DNA of 46,939 nt from positions 620,001 to 666,939 of the forward strand of contig CAUYUJ010000170.1 in assembly GCA_963575745.1 (NCBI GenBank), in the 5' to 3' direction. Below the pieces are notes generated by a model, which saw only the letters and a program-made list of their open reading frames with translations, had not been told where the DNA came from and made no database searches. Source of the stretch: Prorocentrum cordatum. Taxonomy: Eukaryota. Both the position numbers and the translations under genes were made by a program. Below, in pieces: positions 24,721 through 37,600 of this stretch; within the stretch, counting starts at the first letter, position 1, and every line of letters begins with the position of its first letter.

Positions 24721-25238
24721 AGGGGCGGACACCGCCCAGGTCAGCTCTGGCTTTGGAGCGCGGCTCTCGGTGGGCGCGGGGCGGCCGGACCCCAGCACGC
24801 GGAGGCCGCTGCTGCCGCATCGCATGGCATGCCACGCGTCGGCAGGTCGCGCACCAGAGGCCGTCCTACTGTAGGGCCACTCTTGCGTGCAGCCGAGAGA
24901 CGCGCCAGAGCTCGCCTGCCGCGCTCGCCGGCGGCATCGCAGCGGTCCGTCGCCCCCTCCACTTCGGGTGTTGCCAGAGTCGCCGAGCGCGCTCCACTGC
25001 TCGCAAAGCGCCTACTCGCAAACGGCAGAACAAGGACGCACACACATCGTTGCCTCGATGCAGTGGATCGTGAATCCCCCGTGGCGGATCCAGGGCACTC
25101 GCGAGAAACTACTTTGCGAGTGGTGGAACGCGCTTGTCTACAGGCCCAACCTTCCTCCTCCCCCTCCTCCTCCTCCTCCTCCTCCTCGTGAGGATGAGGA
25201 GGAGCGGAGCTCGCGAGGGCCCTGCCCAACCCTGAGGC

Positions 25239-25338
25239 NNNNNNNNNNNNNNNNNNNNNNNNNNNNNNNNNNNNNNNNNNNNNNNNNNNNNNNNNNNNNN
25301 NNNNNNNNNNNNNNNNNNNNNNNNNNNNNNNNNNNNNN
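25239..25338. other. Assembly gap (100 N)
   Basis: Run of N; contiguity of the gene model across it is not guaranteed. Confidence 1.
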
Positions 25339-25665
25339 AGAGCCACGTTTTGAAAAGGAACCGCCTCCGTGAAACTGTTGCAACTGTTTAGTTAAAGCGA
25401 ATGTGCGCGTTTAAGGCGAGAGCCACATTTTGAAAGCCACCCGCCTTCAATCCGTGATATTGCTGCAAATGCTTAAAACGAATGTGCGCGTCGCTCATGC
25501 GAGAACCACATTTTGAAAACGACCCGCCCTCCATCTGTGAAACTGTTGTCCATGTTTCAGCTTCAGGGCCATACGTGGTGAGGGAGTCTCGGGCGAAACG
25601 CCCAGCCCGCCCTAAAAATTGCCTCTGGGGTGCGACAGGGAGAAGTTATTTATAAGGAAAAGGAA
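25339..25665 (+). repeat. Second copy of the ~83-bp-unit element
   Basis: Same units and the same terminal block (GGTGAGG.AGTCTC.GGCGAAACGCC...GGAGAAGTT...AAGGAATGGAGG). Confidence 0.9.
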
Positions 25666-27200
25666 TGGAGGAGAAGGAGGAGGAGGAGGAGGAGGAGGAG
25701 GAGGAGGAGGAGGCGGAGGCGGAGGCGGAGGCGGAGAAGGAAAAGAGGACGAGGAGGGAGGAGGAGGCGGTGGAGGAGGAAGCGGGGCGGAAAGGGCGGA
25801 GGCGGAGGCGGAGGAGAGGGCTGGGAGGAGGCGGAGGAGGCGGAGGAAGGCGGAGGAGGCGGAGAGGAGGAGGAAGGAAGGAGGGAGGCGGAGGCGGAGG
25901 CGGAGGCGGAGGCGGAGGCGGCAAGGCATGCGGAGGAGACGGAGGAGGCGGAGGAGGAGGAGGCGGAGGAGGAGGCGGAGGAGGAGGGGCTCGCGCTGCT
26001 CCGGCCCTCGCCTGGTCTCGCCTTCCCCTCGACGCGCCGCCCCGGGGTGCCTGCGGACCTGCCAGGGGGCCGAAGGAGAGCCCGCGAGATTGGGAACTCC
26101 CAGGGCCTCCTCCTCCTTCCCCTCCCCCTCCCTCCTCCTCCTCCGCCTCCTCCTCCTCCACTCCCCCTCCTTCCTCCTCCTTCTCTGCCTCCTCCTCCTC
26201 CTCCTCCCGCCTCCTCCTTCTCCCTTTCTCCTCCTCCTCCTCCCGCCTCATCCCTCCTCCTCCTCCTCTCTTTACTCCTCCTCCTCCGTCCTCCTTCCCT
26301 CCACTCCTCTCCTCCTCTCCTCCTCCTCCTCCTCCTCCTCCTCCTCCTCCTCCTCCTCCTCCTCCTCCTCCTCCTCAACCTCGCCCGCGCGACCCAGAAC
26401 TCCAGGGCTCGTTTCGATTCCTCGATTCGATTCGATCCGTCTTCGATGGCTTCCGATTCCGATTCGATTCGACTTGGGATTCCGATATTTGCGCTCCGAT
26501 CTCTCATTGGAGGCATGCCAGCCTGCCAATGTCCGCCGATTGGACCTTCCGCCGATTTCCGCCGATCCGACCCATTTCGATCGCCGATCCGACTCGCCGA
26601 TTCGATTTGGAGCCCTCCTCGCCGATCCGACTCGCCGATCCGACTCGCCGAACTCCGACGCCGCGTTTTTTCACAGCGACCGCTCCTGGAGGCCTCTGGG
26701 CCCCCAGGAGCGGCCGCTCCTCCCGAGCCGCTCGGCTGAAGGCCCCGGGGGCCTGGAGAGCTCCCCCGGGGGGCCGAACGCCGCCACGAGCCGCCCTCCG
26801 TGGCGGTCCGGTTTCTCACTTGTTGGTCTGTCGAAAAGCGCGATCCCTCGCGCCGCCTCCCCCTTCTCCAGCTCCTCCTCCTCCTCCTCCTCCTCCTCCT
26901 CCTCCTCCTCCTCCTCCTCCTCTTCCTCCTCCGCCTCCTCCTCCTCCTCCTCCTCCTCTCCTCCTCCAGCTCTTCCTCCTTCCTCCTCCTCCTCCTCCGC
27001 CTCCTCCTCCTCCTCTCTCCTCCTCCTCCTCCTCCAGCTCCTCCTCCTCCAGCTCCTCCTCCTCCAGCTTCTCCCTCCTCCTCCTCCTCCTCCTCCTCCC
27101 TCCTCTCCTCCAGCTCCTCCTCCAGCTCCTCCTCCTCCTCCTCCTCCTCCTCCTCCTCCTACTCCTCCTTCTCCTCCTGCTCCTCCCCCTCCTCCTCGTG
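25666..27200. repeat. (GGAGGC)/(GAG)/(CTC) arrays enclosing a degenerate (CGATT/CCGAT) pentamer tract at 26410-26660
   Basis: Directly visible. Confidence 0.9.
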
Positions 27201-27547
27201 GCCCCCCCACCCCCCTGGAGTAGATCTTGGCTGTTCTGGGCGCCTGTTTCAAGCAGGTGGAGGCTCCCCCACAGGGCGCACTGCGGCAAACCGGCGCATT
27301 GAGCAGAGGTCCAGAGCCAGATCCCCCCCCCCCCCCTTTCCGTCCAATGTCGAAACGCTGAAAACGCTCACCTCCTCCTCCTCCTCCTCCTCCTCCTCTT
27401 CCTCCTCTTCCTCCTCCCTCTCCCCCCCCTTCCGCCCAATGTCGAGACGCCGAGTCAGAAAACGTTCACGTGCTTCTTTCGTGGCAGGGCGTGAGGAGGT
27501 GGGGGGAGGGGCCCAAGAGCGCCCAAGCGCTAATCACACGAGGTCGA

Positions 27548-27589
<42 letters not shown>

Positions 27590-27590
<1 letters not shown>

Positions 27591-27703
27591 CTGACGCCAC
27601 GGTGCCCTACGACCGGGGCCTCTTCGGCGAGGGGCGCGGCGCGCTGTACCACGCCGAGTGCGTCATCTGCCTCGAGGTGTTCGGGCCCTCGAGCGAGATC
27701 AAG
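27590..27703 (+). CDS. Exon of RING-H2 E3 ubiquitin ligase (N-half of RING)
   Basis: TVPYDRGLFGEGRGALYHAECVICLEVFGPSSEIK ending AAG|GC. Acceptor unclear because a (GTC)n tract lies upstream; the nearest AG is at 27541-27542. Confidence 0.8.
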
Positions 27704-27773
27704 GCGCCGCGCGCCGCGGGCGCGCACGTCGTCGTCGCCGCCGTCGCCGTCGCCGTCGCCGCCGTCGCCGTCG

Positions 27774-27872
<99 letters not shown>

Positions 27873-28277
27873 ACAGGGAACGTTCTGAGCGCACCTAGGA
27901 GCGCAAGCCGTTCGCCTGTGGGGTCGACAGGCCTGCGGGCCCCACGGGCCCGGAGGGCCCCAGAGGGCCCCAGGACGACACAAGAAATGCGCTCCCTCGA
28001 GCGCACGGTTTTTATGAGCTCGCGCGTAGAGCTCATGTTGATGCTAAGAGTCCATCGCCCGACTCGGGTGAGCAGCCAGGATCCCTTCAGGCGAACGTTT
28101 TTCTTTTCTCAGGTGTCCGCACCCGATCCGGGAACACACACACAATGAACTAGCTATTTCAACCATGCGAGCGCAAAGTAATATCGTCACGTTGTGGCAA
28201 AGTAGATAATATGTGCATCGGGGCTCTCTGTGCTCACATTGTATTTTCTGTCGGGAGATGAGGTTTCTTATGATATT

Positions 28278-29014
28278 TCAGTACAGCCAACCCGCCCTCA
28301 GAATATCCTTCTCGGCTGCCAGCATCATCCGCCTCTCGTTCATCACGATCTGCTCCTCCGACTCCTTCATGCTGTTGCCCTCCTGATGTACCTTCGGCTT
28401 GGGCATCGCCTTCGCCTGGATCGCCCGACGGCGGATCTCCGAGTGCTGCCCCAGGATATGAGGAGTGGCACTTACACTGCACTTCCAGCAGTGCTCTCGA
28501 AACCCGAAGTTCTTGAACTTGCACTTCAGATCCGGACACCGCCAGATCTTGACCTTCTCCGCTTCTGGGGCCGTCTCGGCGCTGGCCTCCGAAGCCGCGG
28601 AGCAGACCTTGGCTGCCGGCTCCGATAAGCCCTCCTTCTTGGCGTTCTCGAACTCCTGGCGATTCCGCAGTATCTGCTCCCGCCGCTTGTCCCTGGTCGG
28701 CTCCTGCGCCTCCCTGCGCCAAGGGGTCTTCTTGACCACGGGCTGCGGGGGCTCCGCAATCCAGTGCCCATCCTCCATCCTCCGTCGACGCGGCGGAGAG
28801 GTGGGCACCCTTAGTGGTGGAGATGGGCGGCCCGACGGCACCCACGGCCGCTTCGCCCCCCTCCGAGCCGAAGACCAGCTGGTCGAGCTCATGGGTGAAC
28901 ACGACCTCCAGCTCCGACTGGCCGCCTGCCGCGATGAACTGGGCCTCCAGCTGCCCGAGGACAGTGCCGATGCAGGCCTCGTGGAGCGCCGCGCTGGGCA
29001 CCAGCAGTTTCATC
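28278..29014 (-). pseudogene. Intronless, probably frameshifted coding remnant with a RanBP2-type zinc finger (retrocopy or retroelement ORF1)
   Basis: WRCPDLKCKFKNFGFREHCWKC fits W-x-C-x4-C-x3-N-x6-C-x2-C. A strongly GC3-biased upstream frame reads MKLLVPSAALHEAC...LVFG. AT-richer UTR-like stretch at 28140-28275. Confidence 0.55.
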
Positions 29015-29781
29015 AGCAAGCCATGGCCCCGCGCCACGGCTCGGGCGCGCTGCGCCCTTCTCAAGTGCGCGCGCCCCACCTCTCTCTCAACATCTCGAGG
29101 GAAAGGGGCTATGAGGAGGAGGAGGAGGAGGAGGAGCAGGAGGAGGAGGAGGAGGAGGAGGAGGAGGAGGAGGAGCAAGAGGAAGAGGTGGGGGGAGTGG
29201 CGGGAATGATTAGGAAGGGAGGATGAGAAAAGGGAGGAACAGGAGTAGGACTTATAGTCAAGCTAGCCACAACTTAATGTTGGGATTGGAACGCGTTCCC
29301 ACCGAGCGAACGGAAGGCGCTCCGACAATTGGGCGAAGGCGAAACAACGCGGGCCTCGCATGAGTGGGATTGGGCAACCTTCAGATGAGCGCGGCGAAGA
29401 CGAAGCATGCGCTTCGCCAAACAGCAGTGCCATGTTCACGCGCAAGCTGCGCGGCGCTTGGGCGACGACGGCATTCCGCCCGCTCTCGCGTGGCCCCGCT
29501 TTCATGTGGCTCGGCGAACCAGACATGCGCCGCCCTCGCGCGGTAATGCGACTTCCAAGGCGAAGTGTGCACGGAGCTTGGGGCGAGGGCGACAAGGTCG
29601 CCCGCCCGCGCGAGGCCCCAGAACTGGGCGAGTGACAGATGCGTGCCGCGCCGCGGCAGGCGCGTCAGTTTCAGGTGACATCTGCGCGGCGCCGAGGCGA
29701 GATCCACATCTCCTCCTCCTCCTCCTCCTGCTCCTGCTCCTGCTCCTCCTCCTCCTCCTCCTCCTCCTCCTCCTCCTCCTC

Positions 29782-30190
29782 CCGCAGGTTCTGGTTGCGC
29801 TCAGGCTGCTGGCGTTCATTTCGTAATGTTTCTCGGCCCATCGGAGGATATTGCCGCGGTGAGCCGAGTATCAAAGGTTTAACAGGTGATTTGCTGTTCG
29901 ATGCTGGACACCAGCCGATTGTGTTTGAGTATTGTGATGGTGAAGGATTGCTTTCAGCTTGTTTGAAGTGTAAGTATTATACATGCGGGGGGAGGGTCCA
30001 CAACCTCAGGAAGAGATGCGTGGGCCCCCAAGAATGATGAGCCAGCCGACCATGGCAGTCGTTACACCTGGTCGCGTATCGTTAAAGGCAAGCACCCGAA
30101 AATGGCTGTCACTCTCGACTCGGGTGCTTGGCTTGAAGCTGGGCCTGGACGGCTTCTTGGTTAACGCACCTTCCCGACGTGGTGGGCTAT
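29782..30190 (+). mobile_element. 5'-truncated fragment of a related LINE (ORF2 C-terminus)
   Basis: RRFWLRSGCW...GGYCRG...AGHQPIVFEYC...ACLKCKYYTCGG...LRKRC and, in another frame, SRYTWSRIVKGKHPK. This parallels the C-terminus of the full-length element. Starts directly after a (CTC)n tract; 3' end unresolved. Confidence 0.7.
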
Positions 30191-30689
30191 AGTGGTTCAT
30201 TGCTCGGGGGAGGTCGTCTTTTCGCCCCTCCTGCGCGCAGTCAGCAGCTGCGCGTATCGAGGATGGCCTGTGGTGGTGTGTGCGCGTGGTGGAGTTCAAA
30301 GAAAGCGCCTCGAAGAGCTCGCGTGCGAAAGCGCGCGAGGCGCCTGGGCGGAATCTGGTGTTCCGCTGTTCCTGTCCGCCTCTCCTGCTGAGGTGCTGCG
30401 CGTGCTCGCTGCCGTCTGCCGCCCGCGTCCGCTCTCGCATGCCCGGCGTTGCTTCTCTTCTTGGCGTCGACGTCGTGCAGAATAACCTCACGCCCAGAGG
30501 TTGGGATCTATTCGTGGCCTTCGGCATTTCTCGACAGCTTCTTTGCGAGAGTCCAGTTCTTGGTTTCGGCTGTTTCTCTCCCAATCTGTGCCAGGGTGCT
30601 GCGCCGAGGGTCCCTTCGAAGAGCGGGTGGGTTGCGCATTCCGTCTCGCCCAGTGTTCGCTGCCGCGTGCTCGTGGCTCCCGGGCAGCT

Positions 30690-30921
30690 GGGGGCAGAAG
30701 CCCTGCAGGATCACTCCACGCCCAGGGAGCTGGACTCACACCTTGGTTTCGGGATCCTCAACCCAGCCCCACACCTCCGACGCCTCGAGTCTCGTGGCTC
30801 CCGTGCAGTCGGGGGCAGAAGTCCTGCAGGATAGCTTCACGCCCAGGGAGCTGGACTCACACCTTGGTTGGCCCTGTCTTCGGGATCCTCAACCCAGCCC
30901 CACACCTCCGACGCCTCGAGT
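30690..30921 (+). repeat. ~120-bp tandem duplication
   Basis: GGGGCAGAAG.CCTGCAGGAT...CACGCCCAGGGAGCTGGACTCACACCTTGGTT...CCTCCGACGCCTCGAGT occurs twice. Confidence 0.9.
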
Positions 30922-31112
30922 TTTTCAGTGCGGGTTCCCCCCGAGGTCTGGACCTCTGCCCCGGGGCTGGTTCTGCGCCCTGAGCCGTGCTTCGTCGGTC
31001 ACGGGGCCAGGCGTGGGGGTTTCCAGAGCCAAACATTTTTGTCTTGATTTGTTTACGGTTTACGACGCGATCATGTTCGGGGTTGTTCCCTGCATTCGCT
31101 TTGTCTTCCGAG

Positions 31113-31232
31113 GTGCTGCGCTGCCAGCACGCGTTCCACAAGGATTGCCTGGAGCGCTGGCTCCGGCACAGCCGCGCCTGCGCGCTGTGCCGCCAGGAGG
31201 TCGAGCTCGCGCCGGCAGAGGGGACCTTCGAG
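31113..31232 (+). CDS. Exon of RING-H2 E3 ubiquitin ligase (C-half of RING)
   Basis: Acceptor CTTCCGAG|G, then VLRCQHAFHKDCLERWLRHSRACALCRQEV. In-frame join to 27703 gives a complete C3H2C3 RING-H2. The 3' end is uncertain (GC donor at 31233, or stop at 31376). Confidence 0.85.
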
Positions 31233-31729
31233 GCCAGGCTGCACCCTCCCCCTCTTCCCCCCCCCATCATCTCCGTCGCTTGCTGCTCCACAGGGGTTGT
31301 ACAGCTCTCGCGTGTGATCCTCGGTCCTTTTGTTTGTTTTTTTGTCTGTTTCTTTGTCTGTCTCTCAGACTTTTGACTTTTTACTTAGCTTTCTCGCTTG
31401 CTCTCTCTGACTTTTGTTTGTTTCTCTGTCTGTTTCTCAGTCCTCGCCGTGCTCCGGCGCGCCCCGTCGCTGCTCCACCACCGTCTGATTTTGTTGCGGT
31501 CAGAGGCTCAAGCCTTGTTTGTTGCTTCGCGTTTCCTGTGGACCAAGCAGTACGCGTTCACTAAGCTTTCCTTAGGCGTTCCCTAAGGATCTGCCAGGGA
31601 TCGACTCGTTTCCTTCCCCGTTCCCTATGCTTTCCCTAGGCGTTCCCTAGGGATCTGCCAGAGATCGACTCGGTTCCCTAGGCGTTCCCTAGGTGTTCCC
31701 TCGGCGTTCCATAAGGATTTGTCAGGGAT

Positions 31730-33570
31730 GCATCCAACGGCCCTCGGCCCATCCCGCCGTCGTGCCTGGGTCTTGGGTCAGAGTCCTCACGGATGTTTTT
31801 GAGGGTCTCTTCGGAGGGCTCTCGGTGGCCTCTGGGGGGGGCTTCTGGGGCCCCTTGGGGGCCTCTTGGGGGGCTCTTGGGCCTCCTGGGGACCTCCTGG
31901 GGAGGAGCGCTTGAAATGCCGGCTCCTGTTCCCGCTTCTGGGATCCCTCTTGGGGCGTAACTGGGGCCCTCTTGCGCCGTCTTGGGGGCCTCTTGGGTCG
32001 TCTTGGAGGCCTCTTGGGCCGTCTAGGCGCCCTCTTCGGGGCCTCTTGGGCCGTCTTGGGGCGATCTTGGGGGCCTCTTGGGCCGTCTTGGAGCATTGGG
32101 AACCCGAAAAGTCGGAAACGTCCAGATCGAGCACCAAAGGCGAATCAATGATTTTTGCCTCTGGGGGCCCTCTTGGGAGCGCTCTTGGATGCCTCCTTGG
32201 GTCGTCTTGGAGGCCTCTCGGCCGTCCATCTTGGGCGTCTTGGGGCGATCTTTCGGCGAATCGGAGCCCTCTTGGACACGTCGGAGGGTTCGGTAGGTCG
32301 TTTTGGGCGGGGACAGCGTCCAGAGGACTGGCATGACACACCCCCGAACTCACGGGGGTAAGCCCGGGAGACCCAGGGACGGCCCGGACTTCCAGAGTTC
32401 CGGGCCTTTCAGACACTACAATCTTGGCAGCAGCAACGCAGCTGTGAGCCTTGGGACGCTCCACTTCGTGCCAGAGGCACGGTGGCCGATCTCTGTCTCT
32501 GTCTCTGCCTCTCTCTTTCTTTCTTTCTTTCTTTATTTCTTTCTCTCTCTCTCTCTCTCTCTCTTATATACAGGCACATCTGTATTCATTTCTCTCTATA
32601 TGTATACACATCTTTATATGTGCATACATCTCTCTTTATATATAAGTATACATATCTATATGTATGTGTATACATATATATATATAGATATAATCATACG
32701 CACCTCTCCGAGGGAGTATAGCTCAGAGGCGATTAATGCATACGCGCCACGTCGTTTGCGATTGTTCTGGCCGTTTCGCTAGGGACATCCTCGAAATTTT
32801 GAAAATCGGTGGCACCCCTCACACAGATCGTGACGTCAGGGTCCAAAAACATATAGGAATTTTAACATTTTAACGTAAAACCTTCAAAAACACATTGTAA
32901 TTTCAATGATTTGGATCCCGATTCTCAGAGAATGGCGGTTCCGCCTGAGACATCCTCCCAAAATCGAGCCCCGACGTACCTTCTGGTATCCCAGATCCTG
33001 CCTCGGAGCCTCCTGGGGGCCTCCTGGAACCTCCTGGGGCCTCCTGGGGCTTTCTGTACCTTCTGGTACCCCAGACCCCGCCTCGGAGCCTCCTGGGGGT
33101 CTCCTGGAACCTCCTGGGGCCTCCTGGGGTCTCCTGGGGCCTCCTGGAGCCTCTTGGGGCCTCCTGGGGGCCTCCTGAGGCCGCCTGGGGCCTCCTGGAG
33201 CCTCCTGGGGCCTCAGAATTACATGTACAGACAGAGACAAATCACACCCAACACATCACACGCCAGACAAACATAACGCACACACAACACCTACAACGCA
33301 CAGAAAACACGCACAACACAGAGCACACATCACACACACACATACACCCACACAACACTCACAATCCTGAGGCCTCCTAGAGCCTTATCCGGTATCCAAG
33401 GCGGGCCTCCTGAGGCTTCCTGGGGGGCCCTGGTACACACATCGCAAGGTGTGGCAACCCCACTTGCGCTCGAGTGTGACCTGGCTATTGCATTTCACTG
33501 CCTCCTCTTCTCCTGCTTCAAACGCCCTTTCAGTTTTTTTTTGTATGAGCCTGGGCACACACGTGCCACT

Positions 33571-33619
<49 letters not shown>

Positions 33620-34620
33620 GGGATCCTGGCCCCGGGGCCCCGAGGCGGCCCCTTCCCTTGTACGACGGTGCCCCCCGCCCCGGAGCGCTCTCCTGGCCGC
33701 CCTCCGAGGGTCCGAGACGGCTTCTCATACCGCTCCCACTTTGGGAGCGACCTGGAGCCGTCTCGGAGGCTTTGGCGAAGCGTCCGAGATAGCCTCCGGG
33801 CACCCGGGGATCTCCCAAGACGCTCCCAGCCTGCCCCACGAACGCTCCGAAACGGCCGCAAATGACATCCCGACGGCCCACGAGACGCCCCAAGAACCCC
33901 AGGAGCCTCCTCAAGACAGCCTCGCGAGGCCCAAATCGTCCAATTCTCTGAGGAAAGCATGCACTTTCAGCACATTCACTTCTTCAGTTTTCATCGCGTC
34001 GAAGACATCCCAAGAGACCCCCAAAGTCGCCCCGGGACGGCCCAAGAGGGCTCCAAGGAGGTCCCAAGATGGCCGAAGACAGCCCAAGATGGCCCCAAGA
34101 CGGCCCAAGAGGCCCCCAAGGCAGCCCAGGAGGGCCCCAGGAGAGCCTCAGGAAAGGCCCACGACGGGGAACCCGAGCGGAGATTTCGAGCCCTCCACCT
34201 CAAGACGACCGCCGAGGCCGCCGAGAGGCCCCCCGGTTTTCCCCCCGGAGGCCCTGCGTAGAGGGCCCCCGAGGAGGCTCCCAAGAGGCCCCAGGGTGGC
34301 CTCGAGACGGCTGCTCGAAAGCCCCCCAGGAGATGGCCCCGGGTGCTGCACGGAGGGTCCGGCCTGCCGACGGGCCGTGCCCGGGCGGGCTCCGTTCCCC
34401 GTGGATCAGCGCGCGGTCCACTGACAACGGCTGCGCGGTCGGCTAGAACCGAAGCGCGCGCGCGTATCGCGCGCGTGGTTCTCTCTCTACCGAAGCGCGC
34501 GCGCGTATCGCGCGCGTGGTTCTCTCTCTCTCTCTCTTTCTCTTTTCTTCTTGCTCTCTCTCTCTCTCTCTTTCTTTTATTCTCGTTCTCGTTCTCTCTC
34601 TCTCTCTCTCTCTTTTTTTT

Positions 34621-34651
<31 letters not shown>

Positions 34652-37600
34652 TCTTATCTCTATACGTATATATGTGTACACACACACGGTTACATCCTAC
34701 CTGTGGAAGGACATTGGGGCCCAGAAATCATGGCCTCGAACCCCCAGTCTGGGCCCAACCCCCTGGAGGCCTCCTGAGCCGCTCCCCGGCCATTCAAGAC
34801 AGCCTCTGGGGCGCTCCAAAAGCGCCTGGGATGGCTTCCAGACTGCCCGAGAGGCCGCCAAGAGCAACTAAAAGTGCCCCAAAGGCTCCCCAGGACCGTT
34901 CAAGATAACCTCCTGGCGGCTCCAGAGATCTCCTAGACGCCCCAGGAGTGCTTCGAGAGGCCTCACAAGAGGGCCCCACGAGGCCCAACTCGTTCCATTC
35001 CCTGCGGAAGACCTACATATTCAACACATTCACATTTTGGTTTTCACAGCGTCCAAGACGGCCCAACTCCTCCCTTAAGATCGCTCCAAGACGGACATAC
35101 ATCGGCCCAATGAAAGTTCCTCGGAATTTTATCACGACGATCGCCAGCGGAAGTCGACAGAAGTAAAACGAGGCGGAAGACGGCGGAAGACCGTCGGAAG
35201 GCCTGCAGAAGTCGGCTGAAGTATACGACGCCCCTCTCGAACCCCCTTTACCCCCGCAGAAGCCTAGCAATGTAGTCTTCTTCAGTGGGCCGGGCGGGAT
35301 CTTGCCTAGCTTATTCCTTTTCAATATTGTTATTCTGTTCCGGAAGGTCAAAATCCCACCCATTAAACATAGGGTCAACCAACATCCCGGGTCGTTCACG
35401 GATCCCGCCATGCTGGGATCGGTACGAAGCAAGATGGCGCTCAGAAGTTGCAGCATTCCTGCCGTGTTCGGGTCGCTTTGAGGTCATCTTGAGATCATGT
35501 CCCAGTCATGTTTGGATCCCGCAGCCGTCACGTGGTCATTCTGGGGCCACCCTGGGCGCTTGGATCCATCTTAGTGCCATCAGGCCATCTCGGCGTCACT
35601 CCTTGCTCATGTGTTTGGTCATCTTCGAGTTGGCCTGGGACGGCCCAGAATACATGGCAGGATCGTGTTGGGGTGGCATCATCCCAGGGTCGTCTGGACG
35701 TTACCGTCCGTGGCCTGAGGCCCTCCTGGAAGCATTTTGTGGCCATGGGACGTCTTGGGATCGCGTGCGTGCGAGCGCTGAGCACGCGCGCACGACATGT
35801 CATCTTGCCGATTGGCGTGCGTACATCTACTTCCTCTTGGGAATTTCCGAGGACACTTTTGCTGGAGGCAAGTCGGCCCCCAACGAGGCATCAAAGCTGC
35901 CGAGAGTGGCTGAAGACCAGTGTGGGTCATTATTTCAGTGGACCTGTCTGTAACCGAGTCGCACCACCCAGATACTGTTGGTGGTGATGAGGGGGGGGGG
36001 AAGAAAAGCAGGTTCTTCAGAACCCTTCAGGAATTGCGAAGTCTCTGCGCACGGCTCGCATCGGAACGAGGGAGAACGCAAGGACGCTGGGGCTCGGTGA
36101 GGGCCTCCCGACGCCCACCCTGCCAGATTTCACCCACGACATGTTTGACCCCTTCCGGGGATTCGCGGAGGCCACCAAAAAACGATCATGGCCGAAGACG
36201 CCCCCGAATATGGTTCCAAAACGGTTCAAGAGGCCCCGAAGATGTCGAAGGCTCCAAGATAGGCCCCGAGAGGGCCCCATAATGCCAGCATTGTTTCATC
36301 CGTCATGGGGACGGTGCATGTTGAGCATATTCGCATTTTGGGTTTTTAACATGTTCGAAAATGGCCCAAGAGGCTCCACATATCGCCCCTCGCCCCAAGA
36401 CGGCCCAACAGGCCACTAAGAGAGCCCCAGGACGGCCAAAGAGAGCCCCAAGACGGTCCAAGAGGCGCCCAAGACGGCCGAACAGGGCCCCAAGAGGAGT
36501 CCAATCTGGGCAACTCCAACTGACATTTCGAGCAATCCGCCACGAGTGGGCCTCCGAGGCCGCAGCAGGCACCCGAGCGGCCCCCGAGGGCCACAAACGA
36601 TACCCCTAAGAGGCCCCCACATGGCCCACAATGACATGAGGCCACAAGAAGCTTCAGCACTCGCTCCACGAGGCGCCCGAGACGCATGCCGCATGTCAAG
36701 AGATCCCGAGCTGTAGATATCCAGGGATCCTCTGGCCCAGAACTCAGGTACAGTGGTGGTATGGAACGAAGGCCATGGATAAGCGCCGCGGGGCAATGCG
36801 GCAATATGGCTGCTGCGGAGCACGCGTGCCCGGGTGTGCTGAATTCTTTAATATTTTGTAGGGAACGATCCGCGTGAAGGGTGTGCCGAGTAATTCGGAT
36901 ACACTCGCGCGAATGCCCCCTCTGAGGTCACAGGTGGACCTCCTCCAGGCACGACCCGTGCGAGGCATGTTCCGAAGTGACCAGCGGTACGCCATGCGAA
37001 GCTGCCCATTGGTGCCATAAGTGGAGCTCCCTCTGGGGCATGGTTCGCGTGACGAGTCTGCCGTCATGGGCGGGGGAGCGCTGAACGAACCTTGTCTCTG
37101 GGCCTTTAGGTGGCGCTCCTTGTGGGCACGATCCGCGTGAGACGAGGGGCGCAATGCGAACCTTGCCTTTGCGGCCGTAGGTGGAGATCCCTCTGGGCCA
37201 CGATCCGTGTGCGTGGTGTGCCGAAGTAGACGAGAGGGCTGGATGCGAACTTTGTGTCCAGGGCCGTCCGTGGAACCCCTTGCGGGTCACGATCCGTATG
37301 AGAAGTGTACTGAAGTGAGCGGGGCGACGCTATGAAGCTTCACTCTGATGCCGCAACTGCAGTTATTTGATTGAACGCCCCTGAGCGGGCAGACACCGCC
37401 GCCCCACCATTTTTGGAACGCGGAGTTTGTGGGAGGTGTCCAAGACGGCCCGAGAGGGTCCAACAATACGTGGAAACGGTCCCAAGAAAGGCCCCTCAGA
37501 GGGGCCCAAGAGGCCCCGAAAGCGGCCCAACAGGGCACCCAAAGGTGTCGAAAACAGCGGACGAAACCGAAGAGGGATACAGAGAGGCAGAAAGGAGCAG

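Noticed and set aside
32711..32790. tRNA-like start GGAGTATAGCTCAGAGG (A-box-like)
   Set aside because: No convincing T-arm/B-box or acceptor stem pairing could be found.
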